Of a stretch of DNA of 45,957 nt, positions 24,053-36,155 are shown in pieces. This DNA is from Chara braunii. Taxonomy: Eukaryota; Plantae; Charophyceae. Both the position numbers and the translations under genes were made by a program. The stretch covers positions 7,100,037-7,145,993 of the forward strand of contig BFEA01000004.1 of the NCBI GenBank assembly GCA_003427395.1. Reading direction: 5' to 3'. The notes under the pieces are model-generated. The model saw nothing but the letters and a program-made list of their open reading frames with translations, was not told the DNA's origin and searched no databases. Each line of letters begins with the position of its first letter. Within the stretch, counting starts at the first letter, position 1.

Positions 24053-25139
24053 CTATCCTTCCAGGCACTCGATATACGAGTTCTGCCTCACCTTCACCTC
24101 TCCTCTCCATCACCTTTTCCCTGAGGGCTTCTACTGCCACAGGGTCTGCCATTCCATAGGTGGATACTATGTCCATAGCATCCCCTATATTAGTCAAGCT
24201 GAGGGAGAGGNCCTCNNATGGCTCTTCGCCTTCAAACACCTCACCCTCCAACCTCAACCTTTCTACCTCTGACTCTTCAATAGTAAAAGAGTCAGGGTTG
24301 GGCCGATTTCTTATGCTTCGTGGCCCTGTGTTCTTGCATGTGATTACCTCATAGCTCCCACACACAGGGTCACAAAGTACCAAAAACATGGTCCCATCAT
24401 GCTTATTCAGTATGACGGTCTTCCTTCAGCTCAAAAAGGATCGGCCCAATAGGATGGGATGGTCGAGATCGGTCATTACAAAAAAACAACTTCTCACTTT
24501 AACCTTGCCAATTTTTAAAACCACTCTCGATGCGGTCCCTATGAACACAGACCGACTATTTGCTCCCATTAAAACTCCATTATCCGAGCGATCAATCTCC
24601 ATCCCCAAGCGTAAAATATGTTCCTCTTTTATGAGGTTCATTTCCGCCCCAGTATCCATCATTGCCGTGCACATTTTTCCTTTTACTACTACGTCCAAGC
24701 ATCCACATGCGACGGACTTCCAATCCATCTTCGTGCCTGTCTCTGCCCATTCCGCTTCCCTGGGGATAATGGTTCCCAAGCGCACACTTGCCACTAACCT
24801 TCTGGACAATCGAGCCTTTAGCTCATCCCTCAATTTTAGAGCGGAGGCGAGGATATCTTTTAAGTTCATTAGGTCGTTATGGCCCTCAAGGAGTCAATTG
24901 ACCATTCCTTCCACGTCAAACCCCTCCTCCATTCTGACCTTATATTTTCTTCTCTTGCCCTCTTGTTCCTTACTAGCGCCGGCCTTTGCATCCCTCTTTT
25001 TGGCTATTTCTTCAGCCTTCTTGTCCTCTTCCGTCCTTAACCTTTCAACAGGTCCTCCATCTTCTCCATCGTATCTCTTGCCCTTACCAAATTATCATCT
25101 TCTCCTTCGCCGTCCGATTCAACCACTATGGGTTCCTCC
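24006..25139 (-). pseudogene. C-terminal block of the gag-protease ORF (aspartic protease)
   Basis: Starts EEPIVVESD; MDTGAEMNLI active site; ILLGRSFL; in-frame TGA stops (probably from CGA); ends ...TRPF*. Confidence 0.9.
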
Positions 25140-25871
25140 CCTTTGGGTCATCTCTGCAGTCTGCTCCTCTTTCCGTTGAGTCCTGCCAATATGCTGGTCC
25201 TCCCGTCTCTCCTGCCTCTGGGACCTGTGCTCTCTCCTCTGGCCATCCCTCTGAGCTCCTGAGGTCATGCCCTGCTCAGAGGTTCTCCTCTCTGCAGTTT
25301 CTGGCTCCTTCCTCTTTCTTCCCATACTCCTCTCGTCAGCCTGACGTGCCGGAGTATAGTGGTTCCAAAGCAATTTCTTGCAATGGCCCCAGTTCTGGGC
25401 AGGCTCCACAATAGATCTGACGAACGGCCTGAGGTATTTCCTCACAAACAGAATAAAACTCCTCACCCTCTGGCTTGGTGGCTCGTTGATGCTATCTGCA
25501 AACTCGTCGTAGCCCTTCAGGAACTCCCACAGGTTAGTGGCATCAAAACGAATGGGCCGTCCATCTCTGCCTAGCGGCGATGGGTGCAAGCCCTCCATCT
25601 TCTGCTCAAAATCCTGCCAGGTCAATGACTCCCTGACGAAGTTGGCAAGGGGCTGTGCCCACTCGCCTGCTCCTCGCACCTCCCGCAGCATCCTGCTACT
25701 ATCCCATCCAAACTCATGACCGTGCCTCCTGAACCCAACCATGAACAGCTCAACGTTGTCTCCTGTATAAATGGGTGGCCAGTCCTCTCTCCTGGCCCTC
25801 ACCTGCGCCCCCTGTCTGGTAACCCCCAGTGGGGTTTCCACTGGCCCTGCCCCTCCCCTCCCTCTTGGCAT
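25135..25871 (-). pseudogene. N-terminal block of an extra ORF (ORF3) downstream of integrase; Gag-capsid-like
   Basis: MPRGRGG...PPIYTGDNVELF...RFDATNLWEFLKGYDEF...W; preceded by a pyrimidine tract and TGCAG acceptor ending at 25897. Confidence 0.65.
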
Positions 25872-26136
25872 GGCTGCCCAAAAACTGGTGTCAAGCCTGC
25901 ACAACAAGGAAGAGACAGACAAAAGCACACAAAGGGTAAGTAGGTTCGACAAACAAAACAGGAGACAGACATTCCCCTCCCATATCTACCTTAACTACAT
26001 ATACATACATGTGTAAATACACGTATATAAATCTATCTTAATACTATACTCTATCACACCATTCTACTGAGAAACATACACAATTTTCCCATATATATAT
26101 ATATATATATCTAGTATTACTTAACAGAAAGGGATT

Positions 26137-27520
26137 CTAAATTGTGGGACCCATGCTCACCTCGTCTCGAGCGACAAACTTCTTCAATCTCGAGCCTGAC
26201 ACCCAATCTTTCCAGGCAGTCCCATTCAGCTCTTCAATCTGGTATGCCCCATGCTCTCCACTCCTCGTGACCATGTATGGTCCTAACCACCTCTTGTCCA
26301 ACTTTCGCGACCACTGCTTCTCTAAGGATGAATGGTATAGTAGCACAACGTCGCCCACCTTGAGAGGCTCCTTCCTTACCCTTGCCATCTTATCCCACCT
26401 GAACTTATCCCTCTGTCCGGTGTCAGCCACCTTACTCGCCGCACTTTCAATTTTGTCCTCTATGACATTAATCTGATGAACCCTTAAGTCTAGCAGTTTC
26501 TCAAATGACAAGTTTGTCTCGAGGTCCTGCCGCCTCCAAGTCTTTAGGAAACTTTCGATAGGGAAGGTCGCATGTCTGTCATACCACAACGTTGCTGGCG
26601 CGTAGTTGGTGCTTCTTCTGACAGTGATTTTATCCACGAAGAAGGCGACCCTTAGGAAGTTAGGCCACTGATTTGGCCTACCATTCGTCCACTTAGCGAG
26701 GAGATTCGTAATCGTACTATGACCCCTCTCCACAGGTGCATTAGCTTGAGGGTGCGCCGCAGTAGTATACTCTGCGATCACTCCATACCCTCTCAGCAGT
26801 TCTTTCACCTCAGCACAAGTGAATTCGGACTCTCTGTCCATTACGAATTTGGAGACAAAAGGGTAGCGGAGGTAATACTCCTCAATGCATCGAGCCAAGG
26901 TCTCACCAATTTTTGTGCGTATGGCTCTGCCATCTACAAAACCGGAGAGGTTGTCACGTGCATCGAAGATGAAGTTATACCCACCTACTCCCAGCGGCAT
27001 TGCCAATAAGTCCAAATGTACGACCGCCCCAACCTCACGTACGTACCTTGGGTGAAGCGGCTCCCTAGGTCTAATGGAAGACCGCTCCTGGCATGAAACA
27101 CATGACTTGCAATAATCGTTGATCATTCGTCCCATGCCATCCCAATAGTATAGCTCGTGTATTTTGAGGAAAGTTGTATCCTTACTCCTATGTCCACCTG
27201 CCTTACCATCATGTAGGGCAGTTATGACGTCGATCTGACGAGCGATGCCGCAGACTACCCTTCTTGGAGTCTTCCCTTTACTCTTCATAAATAGATGGTC
27301 ATCCCTTACTAAGAAGTTTGGTCGCATCTTGAGAACTTTCTCGCACGTATCTTTCTCTCATTTCGCACGAAAGGAGCATTCCTAATTCCAGATATATCCC
27401 GTTATACTCCTCCGTGCGAAAAACCTCTTTTATCTCTCCCTCTTCAAAATCGTGGTCCTCTCCTTCGTGAACTATATTCTCATTCTCGCCTTGCCGTTGA
27501 TCCCCGATCCTTGCCACCTC
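26137..27520 (-). pseudogene. pol: Ty3/gypsy integrase (HHCC, DDE, GPY; no chromodomain), with a frameshift near 27310
   Basis: LHDGKAGGH...CVSC; VHLDLL; FVMDRESEF; PVERGHST; WLGPY. The upstream linker starts EVARIGDQ. Confidence 0.93.
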
Positions 27521-28850
27521 CGCTGGCAAGTAGCATTACAACTGACAATCATTCATACGATGTCGCTCACAATCCCGTCTAGGCAATATCCTGCATCAGT
27601 ATCTGAAGTAGTAAACGACAGCTCCTAGAATTTGCAATTGCTGCTGCTAAAACCATCCTCTCTCAGCAGCAACGTCGCCGCACAAATTCAAACAACAGTT
27701 GTCGACAGGCTAAGTCTCAGTAGCAGACCCAATGATGACCTCCATCATAGTAGTACCTCATGCTTAACAACACCATCAATACTTCAAAAGAAAGAAAAAG
27801 GGAGACTCGCTGCTCTGTTGTGCTGCTGTAAATAAGACAACAATGTCGGAGAACTCAATCAACATAGCAGTTCGCAGACTTTCAGGGCATCAATAACCAC
27901 CAAAATAGCAGTTGCCGATCCACAGACCATGTGCATGACTCAAGAATACTTCAACTGTTGGTGTCGCAACTTAAGTAAGTCTGTTGCTGCGAAAATCCAA
28001 ATCAGGCCTCCAGGGGTCCGCTACAGCCTTCCAAAGGCCTGCTACAACGCCGTAACAGTAGCCAAACATCAATCCACTGCTGCTAGAAGTCCCTTCTTAT
28101 AGACAGATGTTTGCTGCAATACCAAAAAAAAAAGGTCCACAATGACTCAAATCTGGGTGAAGTAGCAACGGAGCAGGACCTAGACCAATCGTGAAGAGAA
28201 AAGTCCAACCCACTGCATTATTCATCAATGCACACAGTGGAACTGATTCCCCCACTAAAGTACGACCAGATACAATGTCAGATTTTGTACTGAGCTAAAC
28301 TGTGCAACTCAACACCTTGGTTCCTCTCGTATGGCGGCTGCTCCAACACTCATCATCTTGCAAAACAAAAGTAAATCTTCGGCTAGAACATGGGAAGATG
28401 CATGCCCTTCTTGCCTGATATCTTAACTTCCGTTCGTCCCGTATTACCGCCACTGCCAGCCAAGTACACCCTTCCCTCCATTTTCTTGTATTCCACTTCC
28501 TCCTCCTCTACCTATTTCCGATGTGCCGCCAAGCAAACTGCGGACCAGCCAGCAACCGTAGTGATACAATGTGAATGTATATGTGCTATTTTTCCGGTCC
28601 GGTACAACCTTCCCACACCTGTCTACATGACTACACCCACGCTCGCGCACACATGCACACACCTGCACACTCACCACCATGCTCACGCTCCAGCGCATAC
28701 GTGCTTGTGCCTACATGCTCACCCGTATGCACGCGTGATTACACCTTCCTGCTTCTCTTCTTCCCCTCTACCTCTATTCCTCCTCTAAAAGTTGTCATGT
28801 CCAAGGATATGCCGCGGCACATTCTTCAATAATCTACGAGCAAGTGCTTG

Positions 28851-28895
<45 letters not shown>

Positions 28896-31800
28896 TGTGC
28901 CTTCTCTCTCTCCAGGTACGGGCATACCTGGCCATTTCACCTAACAGGAGGGGGAGAATACTTAGCGTTCAAGGCATGATTATGGTCGAGATCCCCCTGA
29001 AAAGGCAAGCACGAGGATGAGCCTACTCACGAAGACATAGCTGAGTCACGATGGTGATGATGAGCCTGCTCCCGAAGACATAGCTGAATCACGATGGTGA
29101 CGATGAGCCTGCTCCCGAAGACATAGCTGAATCACGATGATGACGATGAGCCTACTCCCGAAGACATAGCTGAATCACGATGGTGGGCTCAAGCAACAGA
29201 ACCACGAAATCTGCAGCGTCAGAATCGGGATGAGGAGCACCAACCCGTCACACAGTCCCCCACCAGAAAATGCAGAATGAGAATGAATCTGATGCAAAAA
29301 CGCAGGAAAATACACCGCCGAAATTCCTTCCCTGCGTTTGCTTTCTGCCAAGCACAACGCAGCCTCTGACTCACACAACAGAAAAACGGCTACCCTATCG
29401 CAGAATCTAACCGCGCCAATCGATTCCTGGTGCCTCAAAACCCCAAGTTAGGCTCTTATTTCGCTCGAATCCGTAAAGAAACGAATGAGATAAGTGTTTT
29501 CTCCTCCTTGCCATATCCTCTTTCCCGTCACCTCCGNGCACTCTCTTCATCTCCTAACTTTAATCCAACTAACGTTTCACCAAAAGTGAACCCAAATTCG
29601 GGGTCGCCATAGTCAATAACCCTGAAATAGACTCTTCTTCGGCCCCATTTCATCAAGTAACGGCCTATATCTCATCTCTTCACCCCCTGTTTCCCATTCT
29701 TCTTGTTCTCCTATTTTGAATGCACCTTGCTCATACCCACGTCCAGATCCATTTGCCCTCCTTGGTTCTTTAGTCAGGCCAGCGCAATCTCCATCTCCGT
29801 TCTCTCTCTAGGCCGGCCAGCGCAGTCTCCTTTGTCCCCCTCGAAGTGGGAATCTGCCTCGTCTCCCTCGAAGTGGGAATCTGCCTTGTCTCCCTTCATA
29901 CCTGCTCTCCCTCGACACCATCTTTCCCTTCTTCTTCCCCGTAGCCCATTACTCCATGAGCCTCTCCCGCCAGCCAAAGTACGCCCAGATGATAGCGCAC
30001 GGTCCAACAATCTTGAGCACCTTAATGGAAGTGAAATCCTGATCGCCGGACCTCGCTGTCCTATATAGCCTAGAATGGCATATTTGCATAGCTTACTCGT
30101 GCCACACTCAAGGAATGAATCNGGCCAAATCTAGGCACTAGGTCCATTCANCCCAAGAAAAANTGTAGTGCAGCTCCTCAAAAGGAGAAGAGGGGCTGAG
30201 AAAAGAAATACAAATAAAATAAAAATAAAAGTTGGGCTTGGTGAAATGCCTAAACGATGGGGTCGTGGCCCACCTAGGTGCCTTCTCCGGATCGGACTCT
30301 GATCTATATTTCAACAGTCTGTGAGTATGCCAATCGAGCTAGGCTTGTTGGTACTTGCTAGCATTGCTGCAGCCCCCACCAAAATCCCTCTGGTCCGCTG
30401 TTCCCAGGCGTAGCTCCCCTACTACCGCCCCCAACAGGCATGCTCACATCCACTCCTCACAGCGGATCGTGGGCAGCGGACGTAGCCTCCCTCTGGCTGC
30501 GTCCTGCTTCGAGGCCTGTAGCATGAGCCTAGGCGGGACGGATCCCAACACGGATCTTGGTGGTCATTATTCAAATGAGAATTTTTGAAGATGGAAGTGG
30601 GGAGGGGCTCTATGTGACCGCAGCTGCAGCCGGCGGCCTCCGCCCTGGTGTGCCCGCCCCATTGTGCCCAAGCGCAGTCTACCATCTTTCTGGTCTCAAC
30701 GGGAATGCTCACACTGCGGTCCCAAATCTGCAAAATGTGCAGATTTTGGAACAGACTAGTTCGGGGTTTTGAGCATGGTTCAGGTCACACTACTGTACCT
30801 TTTCAGGTTGGATAGAGCCCTGGCTGTCTGGAGCATTGGCGAACCGATACTTTGCTGGTCACCCGGCGCCATCCACATATTGTGCAAAAAAATCCAGGTC
30901 CCGAAATAAATAAATAAAAATAAATAGGGCATTTCCCTTGCCCCGCGGCTCCACAGGCCGCTGACAAAATGGGCACACCAATGGTGCATCCGGGACTTTG
31001 GCAAAAATCTGCGTGACCAGTCTTGTCCCTCATGGGCCCCAACGGGCATGCTCCCACTCAGTTCCTACTGCAGATCGTGGTTGGCGGACACCGCACTTGC
31101 AGAGAGGCGCCCAATGCTCAACTTTTCCTCCGTCTCGCGGTCAGTCACCCATCAGTTGTCATGCACGTTGACTTTCTCCGTCTGCATTTCAACAATTCAT
31201 GGGCGTCAATCGAGCTACGCTCGCTGGACTCCTCAAACAACTCCGATACCGGCATTGTCACCGCATCCCAGAAACGGGACCGACAACAAAAAAAAATAAT
31301 TAGATAAAAATAAAATAAATAAAAAAATAAAAACACAAGCTTCAGGAACTCGCGCTTTGGGGAAGAGAGATTGTCAGTACCACTCTTAGTTCCGCCAACC
31401 GGGCCTACGGATGGGCCGACAACAAAACCAAGGGGGATAGCCCTGCCGGGCCCTCAACCCCTCGATATCTTCAGGAAATGCTCCTCCGCTCTTGTAATGC
31501 TGGGTGCTGGCCTCCATCCCGAGATCTGCTGGCTGAAAGTTCAGTACGTTAACCAATAGGGCTAAGCCCAAGCCTGACCTTAGCATACGCGAATTCGTAT
31601 ATCAGTAGTATTCGCAGCCTGTCTGGGCCTGTAGTTAATGCACTGAGGCCGCCGCTTGCTCCGCCTTCGAGCCTAAGGCCTCGCAATGCCGTGCTTGGCT
31701 GCTTGGGAGGAAAGTTATCGCTCAGATCACCATGCCCACTGCCCCGCCACACTGCGGCCGCGGCCGAGGCTTTCATAGCCCTCTACACCCGTCAAACGAG

Positions 31801-33521
31801 CGCGCTCTTACCCCCCTTCGGTTGGAAAGACCCCGACTTTTGCTCATGCCGTACCAAGTTAAGCTTTCCTCGGCTCCCACTGTNNNNNNNNNNNNNNNNN
31901 NNNNNNNNNNNNNNNNNNNNNNNNNNNNNNNNNNNNNNNNNNNNNNNNNNNNNNNNNNNNNNNNNNNNNNNNNNNNNNNNNNNNNNNNNNNNNNNNNNNN
32001 NNNNNNNNNNNNNNNNNNNNNNNNNNNNNNNNNNNNNNNNNNNNNNNNNNNNNNNNNNNNNNNNNNNNNNNNNNNNNNNNNNNNNNNNNNNNNNNNNNNN
32101 NNNNNNNNNNNNNNNNNNNNNNNNNNNNNNNNNNNNNNNNNNNNNNNNNNNNNNNNNNNNNNNNNNNNNNNNNNNNNNNNNNNNNNNNNNNNNNNNNNNN
32201 NNNNNNNNNNNNNNNNNNNNNNNNNNNNNNNNNNNNNNNNNNNNNNNNNNNNNNNNNNCTATCCAACCCTCTAGCTTATTTCTAACTGGGACCGCCGAGC
32301 GGTCTGTTTTATTCACACTAGTCAAACATTTAGCTAACGCGTGCCCACAAAGTGCATGCCCGCACACACTCCCTGAATTAACCATGCGTGCGCTCGCCAT
32401 TTCCTGAATTCCGAGAGTCAGTCGCGACCGAGCGAAAAACACGCCGCTCTCTCAAATACCATCAAGTGTGCTCCCGCTGCGGGGTGCAAAAATGCGCACA
32501 ATTACCCTTGTAAGGGTAATGGTGTCGACAGTTTTTCCGGACCCTATTAAGCGACGTCCCCGTCGCGTCGAACAATCAAAGGCTATAAGCACTCCAAATC
32601 CCATCTGCTGACGAGGTAGTAACCATTCCGACTAGCCGGCTCGACTCCGTTAGAGGCATCTTGTCAATCTACCCCAGTCACGACGTTCCACTGCCACGGT
32701 TTTAACCTGGGTCTCCCACATCTTGGCCTAGGAGTTAGGGTGTACTGTCATCCGTACTACAGCGTAATACCTGCTTCCAAGTAGTAGATTGGTAGCCCTC
32801 CTCCCTTCGTCGTAGACATCTGCCGGTTTATCGTTGGGTGTCCTAATGAGTCATCGTCCCGCATACGGGGTCATAACTCAGGACGCGGGCCCTAACCGAG
32901 ACCTCTCTAAAAAACCAGGGCACCTTTAGTCCCCAAAATGGTAATTTTTACCATCTCAAATATTTCTCATAATAACTGTCCACCCTGGTGTCTACACAGG
33001 AGGTTTCAGGTCTCCATCTTGGCCCACCGCAGAATGGTCGATCACACCGTATCCACGGCTTATCACGCTGTTATATAGCGATGATGCCCTCGTTGGTTGC
33101 GCAACGATAGGCGTACTTACCAACTCTTAGACTCATTCAACCCCACTGACCCCCCCCCTAGCTATCCCTCTCCGGGCGGCCGACCCTTCAAGATTTAACC
33201 ATTGGTGAGTCGTGGTCTCGCTGCCAAGTTGCGCCGGTCAGCGGCCCTCGCTGGGAGTTAGGTTCTATAGTTCCAACGATGCTAAGTATAGCCCCTTAGC
33301 TTGGCCTCACAAAATATGTCCCCCTAGACTAACCATTGTGGTCTGACAAATAGCTCTGGACAACCTCTAGATTCACATACCCTCCCAACCTCGGACCATG
33401 TGGGGGATAGTGTCTCTTTCTCTTTGTGTTCCAGCAACTTTCTCTCTTATCCACAAGGTCGTGCCCCCCCTTTACTTTGATCAGAACAGGCGGCGGTCAC
33501 ACGTCTTAGGGACACCTCACA
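27521..33521 (-). mobile_element. Long non-coding LTR-like region (may include nested pieces; contains a gap)
   Basis: Candidate LTR start TGTGAGGTGTC at 33521, just after purine-rich GATGGGAGA and downstream of the ORF3 3' UTR; TATA-like TATATAG at ~30061-30067; no real ORFs. Confidence 0.4.
29016..29185. repeat. 43-bp tandem repeat x4
   Basis: GATGAGCCT.CTC.CGAAGACATAGCTGA.TCACGATG.TGA. starts at 29016, 29059, 29102 and 29145. Confidence 0.92.
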
Positions 33522-34577
33522 AAAGTCTCCCATCATGATTGCCAGAAAATTTCCATCCATAATTCTCACAAAGATTTTGGTCTGCCCTCGCCAGACTTTC
33601 ACTCATACATACAATTTCCTCATCATTATAGCAACTCATTTGAGTGCGCCCTCATAGTTCCACTCTTATATATATGTGGAGAACCTAACGGTCATTGAGT
33701 CTCCTTCTCTCGTTTTCTTATGAACCATACAAAAGACACAACTTTTAGTTGTGACCTCTCCATTTATCATCACTCAAATTCTTTTGAACTCAACACATAA
33801 TCCCTTCTTCCAAACAAACGTGAGGTGCACTCTCTTTCACTGTACTTATGACTTTGTCTGTTCTAATGACAGATATGCTTAAGTACAGAGGAAAATAGTG
33901 CAGGTCAGGTCATTTCCACAACATTTATTCTCGTCACAATAATCATTCATATGGGCAAGTCAACAACTGAGAGTGAGCGTGACACACCACACAAAAAAGA
34001 AAAAAAATCTGAGATTCGCACAAATACACAGAACGCGGGGACCTTGCAAATAAGCAAAGGTTCCTGTTAATATCGAAAGGATCAAAATATCGTACAAAAG
34101 AAATAAAATATCGTACAAATTACCGGGGTATCGTACCAAGTGCCACAGTATCCAACCAAAGATCAAGGTACCTGAAAAAAGTCAAAATATCCGAGAAAGT
34201 CAAAAAACAAAAGAGAGTCAGAGTATCCACACCTCACATCACTCACACACTGTCCGACTCACCCTGCTCTGAAAGAGAAAGAATCATAAAATCACACAAA
34301 AGCACTACCTAGAAGCTAGAAACACTCCACACCACACTAAAAAAAGAGAAAGGAAAACCGAAGTAGTTACTGTCATACACAATACTATCCTATGTACACT
34401 AAGTCTGAAAGTCTATATGCGAAAGTAAACATCTTTGTAATGACTCAATTAACTGATGTACATGGGCGTGATCCAATCCTCCATGTGTTCTCCTATATAC
34501 AGTCATCCATCAGTAGTGAGTCAGAGATGTTCTACACATGTCAGAATCTAGACTTTTTCGGACTCTATTCGTAAATC

Positions 34578-36155
34578 CTACTCCTGATCACTCATGTCCT
34601 CCTGCAGTTGCCTATACAACTGTGCCCGTATCCCATCACGAGTCTTCAGGATCAGGTTTCCATCTCCGTCCCTGCGCACGCCAGATGGATCCCATGAAAA
34701 CAAACCATCGGCCTCATCCTTGAGGCTTTTGGAACAGGTTTTCTGTGGGTGCTTGCCTTTCTTGCAGTAGAAGCATCTTCCAAACTTCTTCTGCTCCATC
34801 TTATCAGCTGCATGGGAGGGTACAAATGAGGGGTTTGCTGTGGCCTCACTGGTGACCTCCTGCTGTGGGTGCTCTGGGGGAATGGGGCATGCTGCTCTGT
34901 CATCTGTTTGCGCCATCTGCTCACTCACTCGCTCCTCTGCCCCGGATCCAGTGGCCCAAGATCCCAGTGCATCCTCCAGACCTGCAACCAGAGGCATATC
35001 CTGAGGTGGTGGGGTCTTCTAAGAGACCTCCCGCTCCTCCCTCTCCTCAGCCTCCGCCATGGCCTGTCCCACACTCTCCTGAACCTTCTGTCGCCCCACA
35101 GTCTCCCCCTGAGTCATGGGAAGTGCAGCCTCATCCATCGCATCCTCTGCTGGTGGCCTCGCCTCATGTGCCAAGACTGTGGGCATCCTCCACTCAAACC
35201 CCCCAGTCTCTGACCCCGTCCCTGCTAGAGCCTCCTTAGGCTGTAACATCTCCTTATCTAGCAGGGGGATTTCCTCATCCTTCTGCTCGTTTGCCCTCTC
35301 TTCCACCTTCTGACACTTGAAGGCCTCCTCTGCAGGCTGCTTCCTGATCTTAAGCCCCTGGACCTCTGTCCAATCCACCACCGTAGTCGGCGTCTGTTGT
35401 ACACATTTGGCCTCAAGATCCTCTATCCTTTTCTCCCACTTGGCTTCCTTTGCCTGAAAAATATTACGTTGTACCTGCAAGTAGGTCCTCAGGGTGTCAT
35501 TGACTTTGTTGAGGGTCTGGTTGACCTGTCTGATGGCCTCGTTGCCTGCCCACGCCTTCTCCACCTCAGTCTTTATGGCTTCCATCTTCTTGTCCTGTCC
35601 CTCAAACTCCTTCTTGAGATCACCAATTTCTTTCTGCCAGTCCATTTTCTGCTCATGAGACGCCCGCGCCACCCTTGTCAACCTCTTCTCCATCTTTTCA
35701 TCAGAAGTCTTGGCCGTCGCAAAGCCCTCCTTCATAAGGCCCTTCAGGCTAATCAAGTCTGTAGACACCAGCTTAACCCCCATCTCTTGATGCTGCTCCC
35801 TGGACCTCCCTGTTGCCTCCAACAACTTATCAAAGTTGTCCCAAGCCTCCGTGAAAAAAGGAGTCTCATCGTCTTGAGTGGGTGAGCCATTCCCCTCTCT
35901 GTCTTCTAGTACCACAGGCTGCTCTCCCTGCTCAACTTTCTCGTGCAGCTCCGCCATGTTCTTGAGTCTGATTTGGACTCTGATTTCTCTCTCTATTGCT
36001 GCTCTCTCTTCCTTGTCCTGTTCCTTCTCTCTCGCAGCCTGATCCTCATCCTGTCCCTGACCCTGTGTCCTATGAGACGTCTCTGGCTGCATGCCTGGCC
36101 TAGGAGTGGCCTCAGGTATCTGAGCAGGTTGAGGAGGTACATCTGATCCCTCTGA
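34578..36155 (-). pseudogene. C-terminal block of ORF3 (coiled coil plus CCHC zinc knuckle)
   Basis: Frame is open from 36155; E/K/Q-rich heptad region; CFYCKKGKHPQKTC (CX2CX4HX4C); disruption near 35010. Linking it to ORF3N is inferred. Confidence 0.65.

Noticed and set aside
21030-25179. Plus-strand ORFs opposite gag/pol (e.g. 21030-21818, 24388-25179) and their mirrors at 38456-39705
   Set aside because: Antisense shadows of retroelement coding sequence with no domain signal.
25872-25952. Signal-peptide-like N-terminus on ORF3 (env-like)
   Set aside because: The hydrophobic stretch is the translation of a polypyrimidine tract and splice acceptor from a non-ATG start; the ATG at 25871 is more plausible.
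21997-27327. Ty1/copia element, because integrase precedes RT
   Set aside because: RT, RNase H and GPY-integrase motifs are gypsy-type, integrase lies before the protease, and the junction overlaps show rearrangement.
29016-29185. CRISPR-like array
   Set aside because: Units are contiguous with no unique spacers, there are no cas genes, and the context is eukaryotic.
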